A stretch of DNA of 64,000 nucleotides, from assembly GCA_043228905.1 (NCBI GenBank), contig JBHGNT010000069.1, positions 62,001 to 126,000 on the forward strand, written 5' to 3'. Position numbers and translations under genes: made by a program. Origin of the DNA: Azolla caroliniana (lineage: Eukaryota > Plantae > Polypodiophyta). A model generated the notes under the pieces. The model had not been told where the DNA came from, made no database searches, and saw only the letters and a program-made list of their open reading frames with translations. Positions 1 through 12,617 of this stretch are shown in pieces; the stretch's first letter is position 1; each line of letters begins with the position of its first letter.

Positions 1-45
1 CCCCACCCTAATGTAATTCGAGAGTAGAAAGCGTTGAATGAAGGA

Positions 46-296
46 GTTCTCTAGAAGGTTCTAGAAGAAAAAAGAAGTCTTTGGCAGAAATCAACGGCGG
101 AGCGAAGAGTGGGTAGCACGGCGCCACGTGGCAAACTGTCCACCGACCAACTTCCACAGTATATGTGTATATATAGCGCCATACAGCCCACCCCGATCTT
201 CATCATATTTGCTCGTCTTCTTCAATCGCCTGCCTGTTGACGGAAACCCTAACCCTAACACCTCCCCGAAGCAGTAGCTGCTAACCCTAAACCTAG
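46..296 (+). promoter_or_regulatory. Polyubiquitin promoter/5' region: heat-shock element, G-box, TATA box, telo-boxes
   Basis: aGAAg-gTTCt-aGAAg at 53-67 with an extra gTTCt at 46-50 (HSE). Palindromic GCCACGTGGC at 123-132. TATATATA at about 168-175. AAACCCTA(A) motifs at about 245-296. All lie upstream of the ATG at 418. Confidence 0.75.
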
Positions 297-333
297 CAAG
301 GAAATCTTCCCTAACCGCGTCCCCCGGCCCTGA

Positions 334-1794
<1,461 letters not shown>

Positions 1795-4700
1795 AGTCAA
1801 ATGTCTTTTTATGTTAAGTTCTCGTAGTAATGCTTTTCATGTTGGGACTATGAAAATCTTGTTTGGAAATACTTTGCTACTGGCTAAATTGTAGTAGTGC
1901 TGCTTTTCTCTGCTACATGGAATAATATAATACACTTTTTGACATCGTTCTGTTCTGATTATCATAACTTAATTAAGTTTGGATTATATCTATACTATCG
2001 TGTTAATTGTCACTAATCCATTAATGATACCATTTTTGTTACATCGCTTGCTAATTCATACATGTTAATCATCGAAAAGGAAAGTTACCCTAGGGTTTGA
2101 TCATTGTGCCTTTATGGGGTTTTTGTTCTGGAATTGCATTGCCAAAATATGATATCTATGTAGACGTTATTGTTTGTTCTTCGTGCACTTTTCATTTGGA
2201 TTTGAAGTTGGCAATCGGACAGGCAGAATCTTTGTCAGATTAATGATTCAAAATTAGGTTCATCTTGTGCAACAAAACAGATATATTCAATATATTGATC
2301 ATAATGGTATTATATAGCCTATTAGATAGGAGCCATTACAACAGCCAGCTCTTGCCTCAACTTCTCTTCCTATTAAGCATTCTTCTCTCACACCGTTTAC
2401 ATAAGCCCTGTTCATAAGTAGATAACATCATTGAAGCTATTGACTAAAAGTGTGTCAGCATCATGCCAGTCAGTGTCCATACGTTGGAGCATTTGGTATG
2501 TGATCTTATTATTTACCAAATGCCCATCCGTTGTATGTAGAATAAATCCCAATCTATTAGCTACAGCTTATAGAAGAAGAAAATAAAAAACTACCTTCAT
2601 AAAGTTTTGCTTTATTGGGCCTAGCATGTAAAGAGTTGGGGTTTTTACTTCATTTTCCATGATAATACATGTTTCTTGATCTTGTTAACATAGATTACTT
2701 TAATCTTGAAAGCCTTCCAATAGTTTTTCTTTGAAGAGCTCATAGATGGTCTTGATGAAGATCAAACTTCATAGTATGTCTATGATTTTTGGAAACTAAA
2801 CATATTTCTAGGTCAAATAATAGTTTATGGTTAGACAATTTGTCCCAAACAAATTAGTTTTTGCCAATTAAATCTGGATGCTTTATATTTTATGGAAGGA
2901 ATGGAAGGATTATCTTTCACATAGTTTGTTAATTAATGTGCATTCATCTTGATTTAAGAATGGGATGCTTATCTTTCACAATCTTCATCAATTACCTATG
3001 ATATAGGTTCATGTTAACTTACAGGTTTTAACCACATGCATCTATCTTGATGTCTTTCCATTGGGATCGTCAAACCACTCTTGTAATTTCTTTATCATTA
3101 GAATGCTATCAACATGCTCAAATTCGTGCGTCTTTGCATTGTCAAGATCACCCACTTATTTTTTTCTACCCACATTTGTACATGGTTTGTGAATCAAGCT
3201 AGTTGTCTAGTGGCCAACAAATGGAACTATATTACATGGAATATAAGATTGTGTATGCTTTTGCATTATCCTCTAGTTGTACATATTCATTTCAATGACT
3301 TTTTATTACAAATGTCCCGTGAAACTACAATAGCATACAAGTGATGACAATGGAGACCAAATAGTTATATGTTTGATATGTTTTAGAATTAGTTGACATT
3401 GATGCATACGTGCTTGGGCTATAAATTTCATTATTGCTAGGAAATAACATAATTTAACACTGGATTAATCAATCAAAGATGGACAAACTCTAAATTCACA
3501 AGCCTCATTAACTACCTAGACTTCTGGATGCTCATATATTGTTATCTACCTTGTATCTTGGGTTTGGTTTGAGCACAATATGATGGAAATGTAGTCAACA
3601 AAATCTGTGAAGGTGACCCATATACATTAGAGAATGTGTCAATTTATTAATTATAGTAACACATATTATTCATGGAGAACCTCAAGACAAGGTTAAAGCC
3701 CGCAAAATATACTAATGTACAAAGTTCCACTCAAAAGCATTGAAAGAAAATTTGAAAATTGTCGATAGAAATGCCATGTAGCTAGAGACAATGATACAAT
3801 TCTTGCCTCGAAGAGTGTTTGAAGAAACGACCATGAAAAATGGCTTGATGGAAATTATGGAGTTGAGTGATAAAACTGAAGAAAGCAATGCCATGAGAAT
3901 AGTCTTTCGTTTAACATGGTAGTGTGCAAAATTCTAGCTAACCACAATATTGTGATTCTACTCTAATATCTATGTTCCCTAATCCCAAAAATATTAAAAA
4001 ATATAGATATTGAAAATTTGGATGCATCGCTAGGCGACTCTCAGAATGAGACCAAATATTCAAAAATACTTATCAAAATGGAGTATTAGAAACAATGAGA
4101 AAGGTGTTGTGAGTAATAAAACCCAAGTAGGCAAATGCCATGAGAATAGTAGAACTACGGGCAGTCTTTTGTGAGCGCAACATCGGCACAAAGGGAGTGT
4201 CATCAATCCTAGCTAACCGTTGGTTGAACACGAATTCATGGGCAGGTACCGATGAAGTGGCTCACTTACCACCAGCTCGCTCATCGGAACCTCAAGTTTG
4301 TCTTCGAAGATAAAGAGCGCAGATTGGCCAAAAGGAAAGTAAGCAACAATAGTCTTTCGTTTAACGACAAGGTAGTGTGCAAAATTCTAGCGAACCACAA
4401 TATTGTGACTTATTTATCCATTGGTGATCATCATATTGCTTTATCCAAGGAGTGGGACAAAGCAACATATGTACCTTGCTTGCTCTATCCATGGGTACAT
4501 ATTTAGAGACAACAACCAATTCCAATATTGCAACCTATTTTGTGTCTCAAGTAGTGGAAAATGCACCTAACCATGGACCGAATCCTCTATTTTATGCCAT
4601 ATATCTCTTTGGGAGATAGACACAATTTGCACCAATTATCACCCTTCATAGATGACATCAAATAGCCATAGATTGTTGTTAGGTGCTTAATGTGATAAAC

Positions 4701-5319
4701 ACCCTTTTTAGAAATGAAGATCATCTAGGTTATACACTAATTAATGCAAACCACAACAAAGGACAAATATGAGGTTCACAAGAGCAATTTGCCATTGATA
4801 TGCGATAACCCTAAAGCTACGTATCCACACAACATTCATCCATTATTGTGGTCTAGCTAGCTAACATGCCTATTCTAAACCATCTAAGATAGTGGAGTAG
4901 TTTGTCTGCTCCTAACGATAATAACCAAGAGTCACTAGGTTAAAGCCATATGTATATCACTTCATCTACACAAAACACATGATGCATCCATACCCCTCAA
5001 ATGCTACATGCTCGACAATCCATGAGTACATATTGTGGAGAAGGACTCGGTCAACGATCAAATTGCATGGTAGGCCAAGCTCCGGGTTTATGAATCCTAT
5101 TATACTGTATAAGACGAGACAATGGAAGGCCAAGAGAGGTCACGTTGTTGTCGTTGTCCGCTCTCATTCCACTAGGGAGTGTACCATGGTTTTGGACACG
5201 TGAAACAAATACACATATATGTATTATGTACATTGTACATACAATACCTAGTCAATGAAGGAAGCATTGGTAAAATGGCAGGAAGCTAACTCTCTCATAT
5301 CTTTCTCTGCACATGAATC

Positions 5320-6774
5320 ATGATGGTGGATGAAGAAGAAGAAGAAGGAGAAGAAGGAGAAGAAGAAGAGATGGTGGAGACGTTATTTTCACCCCCCTCT
5401 CCGTTGATGGAAGCCACCATTCCTGCATCTGTTGTCGACTCCCTCCCAACCATTTCGAAACGCCAGAGACGCCCAAATGTCCGATTGAACGAGATTGGGG
5501 TATATACTGCTCCTCATAGCAATCCTTCTTCGAACGACTGTTTCCTCAAAAGGAAAGGAGCAGAAGGCATTAAACTGGTCCCCTCTGTTGTTCTCCTTCC
5601 TCCTCCTTCTCCGTCATCGTCATCAGGTGAAAGACTCAAACACATCCCTAAATCGATTAATAAACGTGGTAAAGATGGTGATTTTGATGAAAATGATGAT
5701 GATTCCTTCTCCAAATTAGCCCTCGTTGATAAAATTGGGGGTAAGAAAGTATCCAAGAGAGCCTATATTAGCAAGGGCAACTTCTCTAAGAGGCATCAAA
5801 CAACACACCCTCATTCTGATGACTTTAACCATCTCCCTCATGAAGAAAACCATCGCCCAGTTCATTTGATTGAAGAAAAGAGTCACCCTTATGAGTTTAA
5901 TCATCATCAGTGTGAAGATAACCGTTATCCACTTGATGATTGCGAAGATAATATTCACCCAAATGAGTTTAATGATCGATCACTTCATCATTCTCAAGAA
6001 AATCACAGCCATAGATTGATGTATTGTAAGAACATGTCCGGAGTCACAGATGGTTTCTTAGAAGCTGCTGATGGTGCTTGCTCTGGCACTGAGAAAGGAA
6101 CTATTAGAAGTCAACTCACAATGTCCAATCATGATGATATCCAGCCAGTTGGATTGAGCTTCAAGAAGGACTCTCTCAAGGTTTTGGATGGACAAATCCC
6201 ATCCACAAAGTTGATGAAGAGCAAGACAAAGATCAATCCCAAGGCCAGGACTAAGCCCAATGCCAACATAAAGACCAAGACAAATGTCAAGACCAAGACC
6301 ATTGCCAATGCCAATGCCAATGCCAACATAAAGACCAAGTCAAATGCCAAGACCAAGACCATTGCCAGTGCCAAGACCATGACTGTGATCAAGACTAGGA
6401 ATAGAAGCGGTCATGTCCCAAAGGATATCATACAATCCCCGCCTAAAGATGAAATTGAAGAGAGGGAGGAACCCTCTCGTAGTGATGTTCACGAACGACT
6501 AATCTTGCAACATCCCTCTATATGTCTTGTGCCGCCACCGCCCCTTGATGATAAGGTGAGAGATTGGTTGAAAAAAATTGGACTCGAGAAATACTCTTCA
6601 GTATTTCAGCACCATGAAGTCACAAATGATGTCTTTCCTCTTTTAACCATGGACGACCTCAAGGAGATGGGTGTAAGTGCCATCGGATCCCGGCGTAAGC
6701 TTTTCTCTGAAATCACGAAGCTCCGGCAACCTCTTAGAATGCTTGTGGATGAATCTTTGTCTGATGGAAAGTGA
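5320..6774 (+). CDS. Sterile alpha motif (SAM) domain protein, intronless
   Basis: 484-aa ORF. N-terminal SKRQRRPNVRLNEIG motif typical of plant SAM-only proteins. C-terminal SAM domain VRDWLKKIGLEKYSSVFQHHEV...LLTMDDLKEMGVSAIGSRRKL. Disordered middle with KTK-rich repeats. Confidence 0.9.
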   Translation: MMVDEEEEEGEEGEEEEMVETLFSPPSPLMEATIPASVVDSLPTISKRQRRPNVRLNEIGVYTAPHSNPSSNDCFLKRKGAEGIKLVPSVVLLPPPSPSSSSGERLKHIPKSINKRGKDGDFDENDDDSFSKLALVDKIGGKKVSKRAYISKGNFSKRHQTTHPHSDDFNHLPHEENHRPVHLIEEKSHPYEFNHHQCEDNRYPLDDCEDNIHPNEFNDRSLHHSQENHSHRLMYCKNMSGVTDGFLEAADGACSGTEKGTIRSQLTMSNHDDIQPVGLSFKKDSLKVLDGQIPSTKLMKSKTKINPKARTKPNANIKTKTNVKTKTIANANANANIKTKSNAKTKTIASAKTMTVIKTRNRSGHVPKDIIQSPPKDEIEEREEPSRSDVHERLILQHPSICLVPPPPLDDKVRDWLKKIGLEKYSSVFQHHEVTNDVFPLLTMDDLKEMGVSAIGSRRKLFSEITKLRQPLRMLVDESLSDGK

Positions 6775-8959
6775 AACCAGTTTTTTCAAGAAATCGCATA
6801 TTTTGCCCACATATAGACAAGGTTTGCTTCTTGAGGTTTGTGATAATGGATGACAGTCTTTTAACTTGTATCTTGTAACATCAATGCTTATCATGTTGCT
6901 GTATTCCAGTGTAGATCAGAACAAAAAAATCTAGTATTCAAGTTATCGTGGTTGTAGCTTATAATATTTATTAACATCAATGCTTATCATTGTGGTATAT
7001 TCCTGTGTGGATCATTAGACCATGTACACTTTAATTGCAACTTTAATGGCATGAATATCACGCAGATGTAGTTCTTGAGTCTTAACTTCTGGGAAAATAG
7101 ATCATTAATCTCTAATATCAAATGAATTGGTGATACAAGCCGGATGATGCATCCACCGTTACGTTATTATATGCCTAGAACATCCTCTACAACATAGTTT
7201 TTCCAATCTTGGCCATTGGTTACACTCATAATGATTTAGGTACTTGGGGTGTGGTCTTCTGAGAAGAGATTGCACGTCTCATAGGTTTCAAAATTTATAT
7301 AACATTACGTCCTTAGGATTTGGGTCTAGAGATTTGTAATTGCTGCCTATTACTCTTGATATAGGGGAGAGACGTGGCAATTGATTAGTGCAAAGAATAG
7401 TAGATATTGAATGTCTCATTCGACCTTTGACAAAATCAGTCTTTAAAGACAAATCTGCACAAATTTCTCTAGTGAACTGAAGTGAATCATGCCACATGTA
7501 TAAAGACACATTTCAGTTGAAAATGTCATAGTTCTAATAGCCAAATATGCCAGACCTGATGAGACTAGACTAGTGGGTCAAACTAATGAGAAATCCAGTA
7601 TCAATTTTATACTCTCACTCCAATCATTAAATCCAATTTAATTAAGTATCAAAAGGAAACCAGGAAAACTTTGTTCTTATAAGTCCTGAATGTGTTTATT
7701 GAATACAAAATTAGGTGCTGTATAGACCAAAACATTTGCATACTAGCCTCTAATCTCATCTTTAAAGACAATGGAAAATCTATCTATTATAACAAAAAAT
7801 AGTTCCATACCAATGAAAAGCTTGCTTATTAATATTGAGCAGATGCTTAATTCCACGACAGAACCACCAAAGAGAAGAGTTTTGACCTCCACACAATACA
7901 TTTCATGTTGCTCTGATGCCTCAAGTCTATAGATATTGGACGATACAACATTTGGGTATTGCATATCAATCATTACATAGAAGGAGCATACATATGAGAA
8001 GAGTTAAACCAAAATTTACACATTATTTCTACCAACAAAAAAACCTGCAGTTGTGGCTTCTTCTACAGGACAAGGCCGATTGATACAATCGTTTTGATCA
8101 AAATAATGTGGGCACGTTTTTGGATAGGAAGGCATTATTTATTGAAAAAAAATTGCATTATGGATTATAATTTGCAAATCAAAACAATAAGAAAGATCAA
8201 AAAACAAAGACTCGATTAAAAAGTAGTAGAAAAAACATGCAATTACAACAACGAGAAACATAGAAACAGATCAGTGGTGAAGGGAACAAAAAGAAAAGAA
8301 ATGAATTTGTAGAACAATGTCTCTGATATCCAGATGCTAATAAATTAAAGAAGTAAGCATCTTGTTCTCTAAAATTCCATATCTAGCCGAATCCAATTTC
8401 CTTTAACTCTAAATCTTATGTGACTTTTCTTCATCTATTTCCTTCTTCATTGACTTTTTTCTTCCTCTTTCTCCTTTCTAATCCTCCTCAGAGCTTATAA
8501 TGCCGCTGTCTCTCTCTTTCTCTCTCTCTGTCATGCCTCAGCAAAGGAAGTCTTCACGTTGCTAACCTGAACCAAAACATGGAACCTCAGGGATATATCA
8601 TATATATATACATATTCATTCATACTTTTCGAAATGTTAAAAGAATTGCAAGTAGTATTTATGGTGATGTAAGACATTTATCCAGAAGTAGATCTATGGA
8701 ACAAACAAGAAGCAGAAAAAAGTATCTTCAGCAAGGCAGTTATGGAGCAAGGGTTCAATTTTATCTTCAAAAGCTCAAAAGAACAAAGTATGGAGCTTCG
8801 ACATCATGACCCATGAAACAGGTTTAATCAGTTGGATAATATGACAAAATTACCACACATCAAAAGTACACAGTACACAAAACAAGAAAAATGGTTCGAT
8901 GGCTTTAACACCATAGAGCAAAAAAAAAAGGATTGAATATTGACAATGCTAAATTGTAC

Positions 8960-9345
8960 ACCAAGGGCACATGGGCAAAGATCCATCTGCGCAGAAAGAT
9001 GGACACATATGCATGGACATGGAGACATGGGTAAGGAGACACATGAACAGGAACAGGGACATGGACAGTGAGTGACATACAAGCATGGTCACATGAGCGT
9101 ACATGGACAAGGACATATGGACACATGAGCTGTGTTACATTATTGACACATGAAGCCATTACAAGACCCAGTAAAACACACGAGGATATATGGACACATG
9201 AGCTGTGATACATGGACACATTGACATATGAAGCCATTACAAGACCCAGTGAAACACACTGAGGACATATGGACACGTGAACTGTGTACACGGACACATT
9301 GACACATTGACACATGAAGCCATTACAAGACCCAGTAAAACACAC
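8960..9345. repeat. Composite tandem repeat downstream of RPL12 (GGACA(C)ATG short units, then three ~80 bp units)
   Basis: Many GGACATG/GGACACATG copies; ATGAAGCCATTACAAGACCCAGTRAAACACAC recurs at about 9150, 9228, 9314. Confidence 0.85.
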
Positions 9346-9397
9346 GAATTAAAAAATAAATAAAACCAAAGGAAAGATTTGAGTGCAATTTGACCTC

Positions 9398-10015
9398 TTA
9401 TTTGACAGAGCACTTGGCTCCAGCAGCTTCTAGCTGTTTCTTAGCTTCATCAGCTTCTTCCTTAGTGGCGCCTTGCTTGAGGGGTTTAGGCAGGCCTTCG
9501 ATGAGATCTTTGGCTTCTTTGAGGCCAAGGCTAGTGAGGGATCGGATAGCCTTGATCACTGCGATGCGTTGAGCTGTGGGGACCTCATCGATGATGACAT
9601 CGAATTCGGTTTGTTCTTCGACTGCAGGGGCAGCTTCAGCCACTGCGGCGGCGGCACCAGGCGCGGCTGCAGCAGCAGGAGCAAAGGCGGCAGCAGTGAC
9701 TCCGAGCTCGGTCTGCAGCCAATCAACCAGGTTCCGTGCCTCCTCCAGGGTTAGGGACTTTATCTCACCCCCCAACTTCTCCAGCTTCGCAGTGTCGACG
9801 GCCGCCCTTACTGCAAGGGATGAAGCAGGCGCGGTGCTTGGGCGGCCCAGGTATGGCTTCTTCGTCTTCATGCGCAGGGCCGGCCCGAACAGGGAGCTCC
9901 GAGATAGGGAAGGAGACGAGGATGGAGGGGATTGCGAGGAAGATGATGGTGATTGCGATGTGGAAGAAGCTGTGGGGAGGATGAGGAAGGACGAACAAGC
10001 TAAAGCAGCAGCCAT
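9398..10015 (-). CDS. RPL12: Plastid-targeted 50S ribosomal protein L12 (bL12c), intronless
   Basis: Ser-rich transit peptide ending AVRA, then [12 protein letters not shown], an Ala-rich hinge and EEQTEFDV...[15 protein letters not shown]...[10 protein letters not shown]. Confidence 0.96.
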   Translation of the reverse strand: MAAALACSSFLILPTASSTSQSPSSSSQSPPSSSPSLSRSSLFGPALRMKTKKPYLGRPSTAPASSLAVRAAVDTAKLEKLGGEIKSLTLEEARNLVDWLQTELGVTAAAFAPAAAAAPGAAAAVAEAAPAVEEQTEFDVIIDEVPTAQRIAVIKAIRSLTSLGLKEAKDLIEGLPKPLKQGATKEEADEAKKQLEAAGAKCSVK

Positions 10016-10261
10016 GGCTCCTTCTTGCCCTGTTTCTTGAATGCAGACTTCTCTCTGTGTGTGTGTAAAACTGGTACTCTAGAGTCTTGAGAGAAGGAAG
10101 AAGGAAGAAGAAGGGATAAGGCGTGGTGTTTATTTTGCACCCTTCACAGATAAGCCTTCGGTTTTGCACCCTTCACTATCTATAACAACAGATAGGGTCC
10201 GTTTCACACTACTCGGACATAATGTTATATCATCCACCATCTCAAGTGGATTAGACCCTCT

Positions 10262-10266
10262 GTCTT

Positions 10267-10325
<59 letters not shown>

Positions 10326-10380
10326 GGACACACGTAGCGGACGATTTCCGTTGCTTATATCGATATAACTTCATCAGTAT

Positions 10381-10448
<68 letters not shown>

Positions 10449-10596
10449 GTCTTTTGTTGCTTGCACCGATATAACTCAGTCTGTATGCAATGAGTGAGAG
10501 AGATTTCTGTTGGTTATACTTATATAACTCGGTCTGTATGTTGTGAGTGAAAGAGAAATTTCCATTGCTTATACCAATATAACTCGCTTTGTATGT

Positions 10597-10633
<37 letters not shown>

Positions 10634-10720
10634 CTTTATCTTGTAGTGAGAAAGAGAGAGATTTCGATTTCTTATACCGATATAACTGGGTCCGTATGTA
10701 GTGTGTGACAGAGAAATATC
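10262..10720. repeat. (TC)n microsatellite followed by a ~54 bp minisatellite with embedded (TG)n/(AG)n expansions
   Basis: (TC)n at 10269-10320. Five diverged units of TTGCTTATACCGATATAACTCGGTCTGTATG...GAGAGATTT. (TG)n(AG)n at 10383-10448 and (AG)n at about 10600-10630. Confidence 0.85.
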
Positions 10721-12617
10721 ATTGAGACCGTGAGGTTGTCCACCAAACCACCACACTCCATGTTGGCATGCACTATTATGGGTTTAGTTTGAGGGATTTG
10801 AACCCTCGTATAGTTGTTTCACAGAGAATATATTTAAAGCCCTGCATTCTGCAATGACATGTAGTGTGACAATTGAACCGACATATGGTTGTTTAATGAA
10901 TACTATCAAATTGTGCACTTGCTTGTTACATTCCACAATGGCATTCAATAGAGGCAATGGGATTTGCACCCCCCCGACCCGTTCATGTATGAGGACATGT
11001 CCTTATCAATAAGCTTCATCAGGAATGACTTTTTTCCTTGGGTCAGATGAAGAGATTTCTAAACAATCTATTGTGTCATGAACCCCATTGGGGATGATGA
11101 GAAGGTGGTGGTTGAGGTACAAGTCCAATTTTTATGTTGAAGGAAACAAATTGGAATACGGAACTTTGTGACTTGTTCCGGAATGCGCCTCGCTACCACT
11201 TGCTCATTCACATTACTTGATTTTTTCTAGGATATCTTTCATGATTAGAGTAATAGCTTTCACGGAGTCTTTCCTCCATGTGGAAATCATTAAGGGATCC
11301 TTGATCAATCTCTACCTTTGTTCTAACAAATTGGGGTATATGAGGTTCCAATTTTGTCCGAAGCATATTAGCACTACTAGCAATCACTTAACTAGGCTAT
11401 CCTTAAGAATACTTAAACTTGACGATTCTTAAAACCAAGTGATGGAAACAAGCTATTATGTATGTTAATCTATACATAAACAATAAAACAATACATTGAA
11501 GGCAATCACAATATTCTATTAACAAATTCTTCATCAACTTCATACAAACCAAGTCCTTAGGTTGGGATACTTGTGACACATATTTTTTTCCAAAAAAGGG
11601 GTTACTTTCCCATTAGTTGGGAGATTTTTAGAGAAATATTATACAAGAAATGGGGGAATCACCTCCCACCCTCCCTCTGTTGAAGGCCAGCTCTAGATAC
11701 CTACTTACATTAAGTAGAAAGTAAGAGAGGATATGTACGCAGTCTCGAATTCTTGAACTTAACAGATGTAATATCATATTCTTTGGTTTTGATATCCATA
11801 TGAGTTGTACTATCTTCAATGTAGAATATTGGTCATAGGCTAAAAATATACAAAAACATGTTTATCTTGGAAATTATGGTGATTTACCCTTTATTATGGA
11901 GGAATCGTTGATGCTTGATGGGCTTGTAATGCCGAAATAACCCTTAAGGGTTTCCAAGTCCAACTCATATAAACGGCCTAGAGCTCTTATGTAAAAGGGG
12001 CCTTTGGGGCTACACTTTGGTCCTCATTCTATAACTTTGCATCCACTAAGAACCACTTTCTTTCACTCAAAAATCCCATTCTAATCAATCAAGATATACG
12101 TGTATTATTATTTTATTTTCCAAAAAAACCTACTTCCATTAGTTAAGGCAATGTACGTAGGATAATATACAACTCATATCTTACAGGCCAACTTGCATGG
12201 GGAAAAGAAAACAACATGCGTAAAGGAAACAACAAAAACACTCCAAAACACCACATCATTCAATGAGCATAGCATTATTCAACCGCATACCCTCCACGTG
12301 AGCCTCATACAACCCGAATTCAGCATAGACATCCTCCAATCTCTTCTCGTGGCAGCACCCATCTATATGTTAGGTACACTTGGAGGGAACAACCCCCGTG
12401 GTGGTTGATAATTCCACTTCGTTTTGCCATCCACCATCTGCAACATCGGAGAACCTCTCCATTTCAGAAGGAACCGAGCTCTAGCTTCTTCACTTGCGTC
12501 TGAGGGCCCTTGAAGGCTTTCAAACTCTCCTCATAACGTAGAAATAAGATTAAACTAGATCATCATTAAACTCTCAGTCGGTGGGGTTCGCTTACCTGAG
12601 AAAGTCTCCTTGCACCT

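Noticed and set aside
2580-4510. Possible LINE debris and a ~65 bp dispersed duplication (about 3898-3958 and 4348-4411)
   Set aside because: Too degenerate to assign a family or function.
9390-10169. Overlapping ORFs around RPL12
   Set aside because: Alternative-frame and antisense shadows of a GC-rich CDS.
10790-10985. tRNA T-arm-like sequences (GAGGGTTCAAATCCCTC on the minus strand); similar B-box-like words near 21890, 52228 and 62991
   Set aside because: No acceptor, D or anticodon stems could be built; at most SINE debris.
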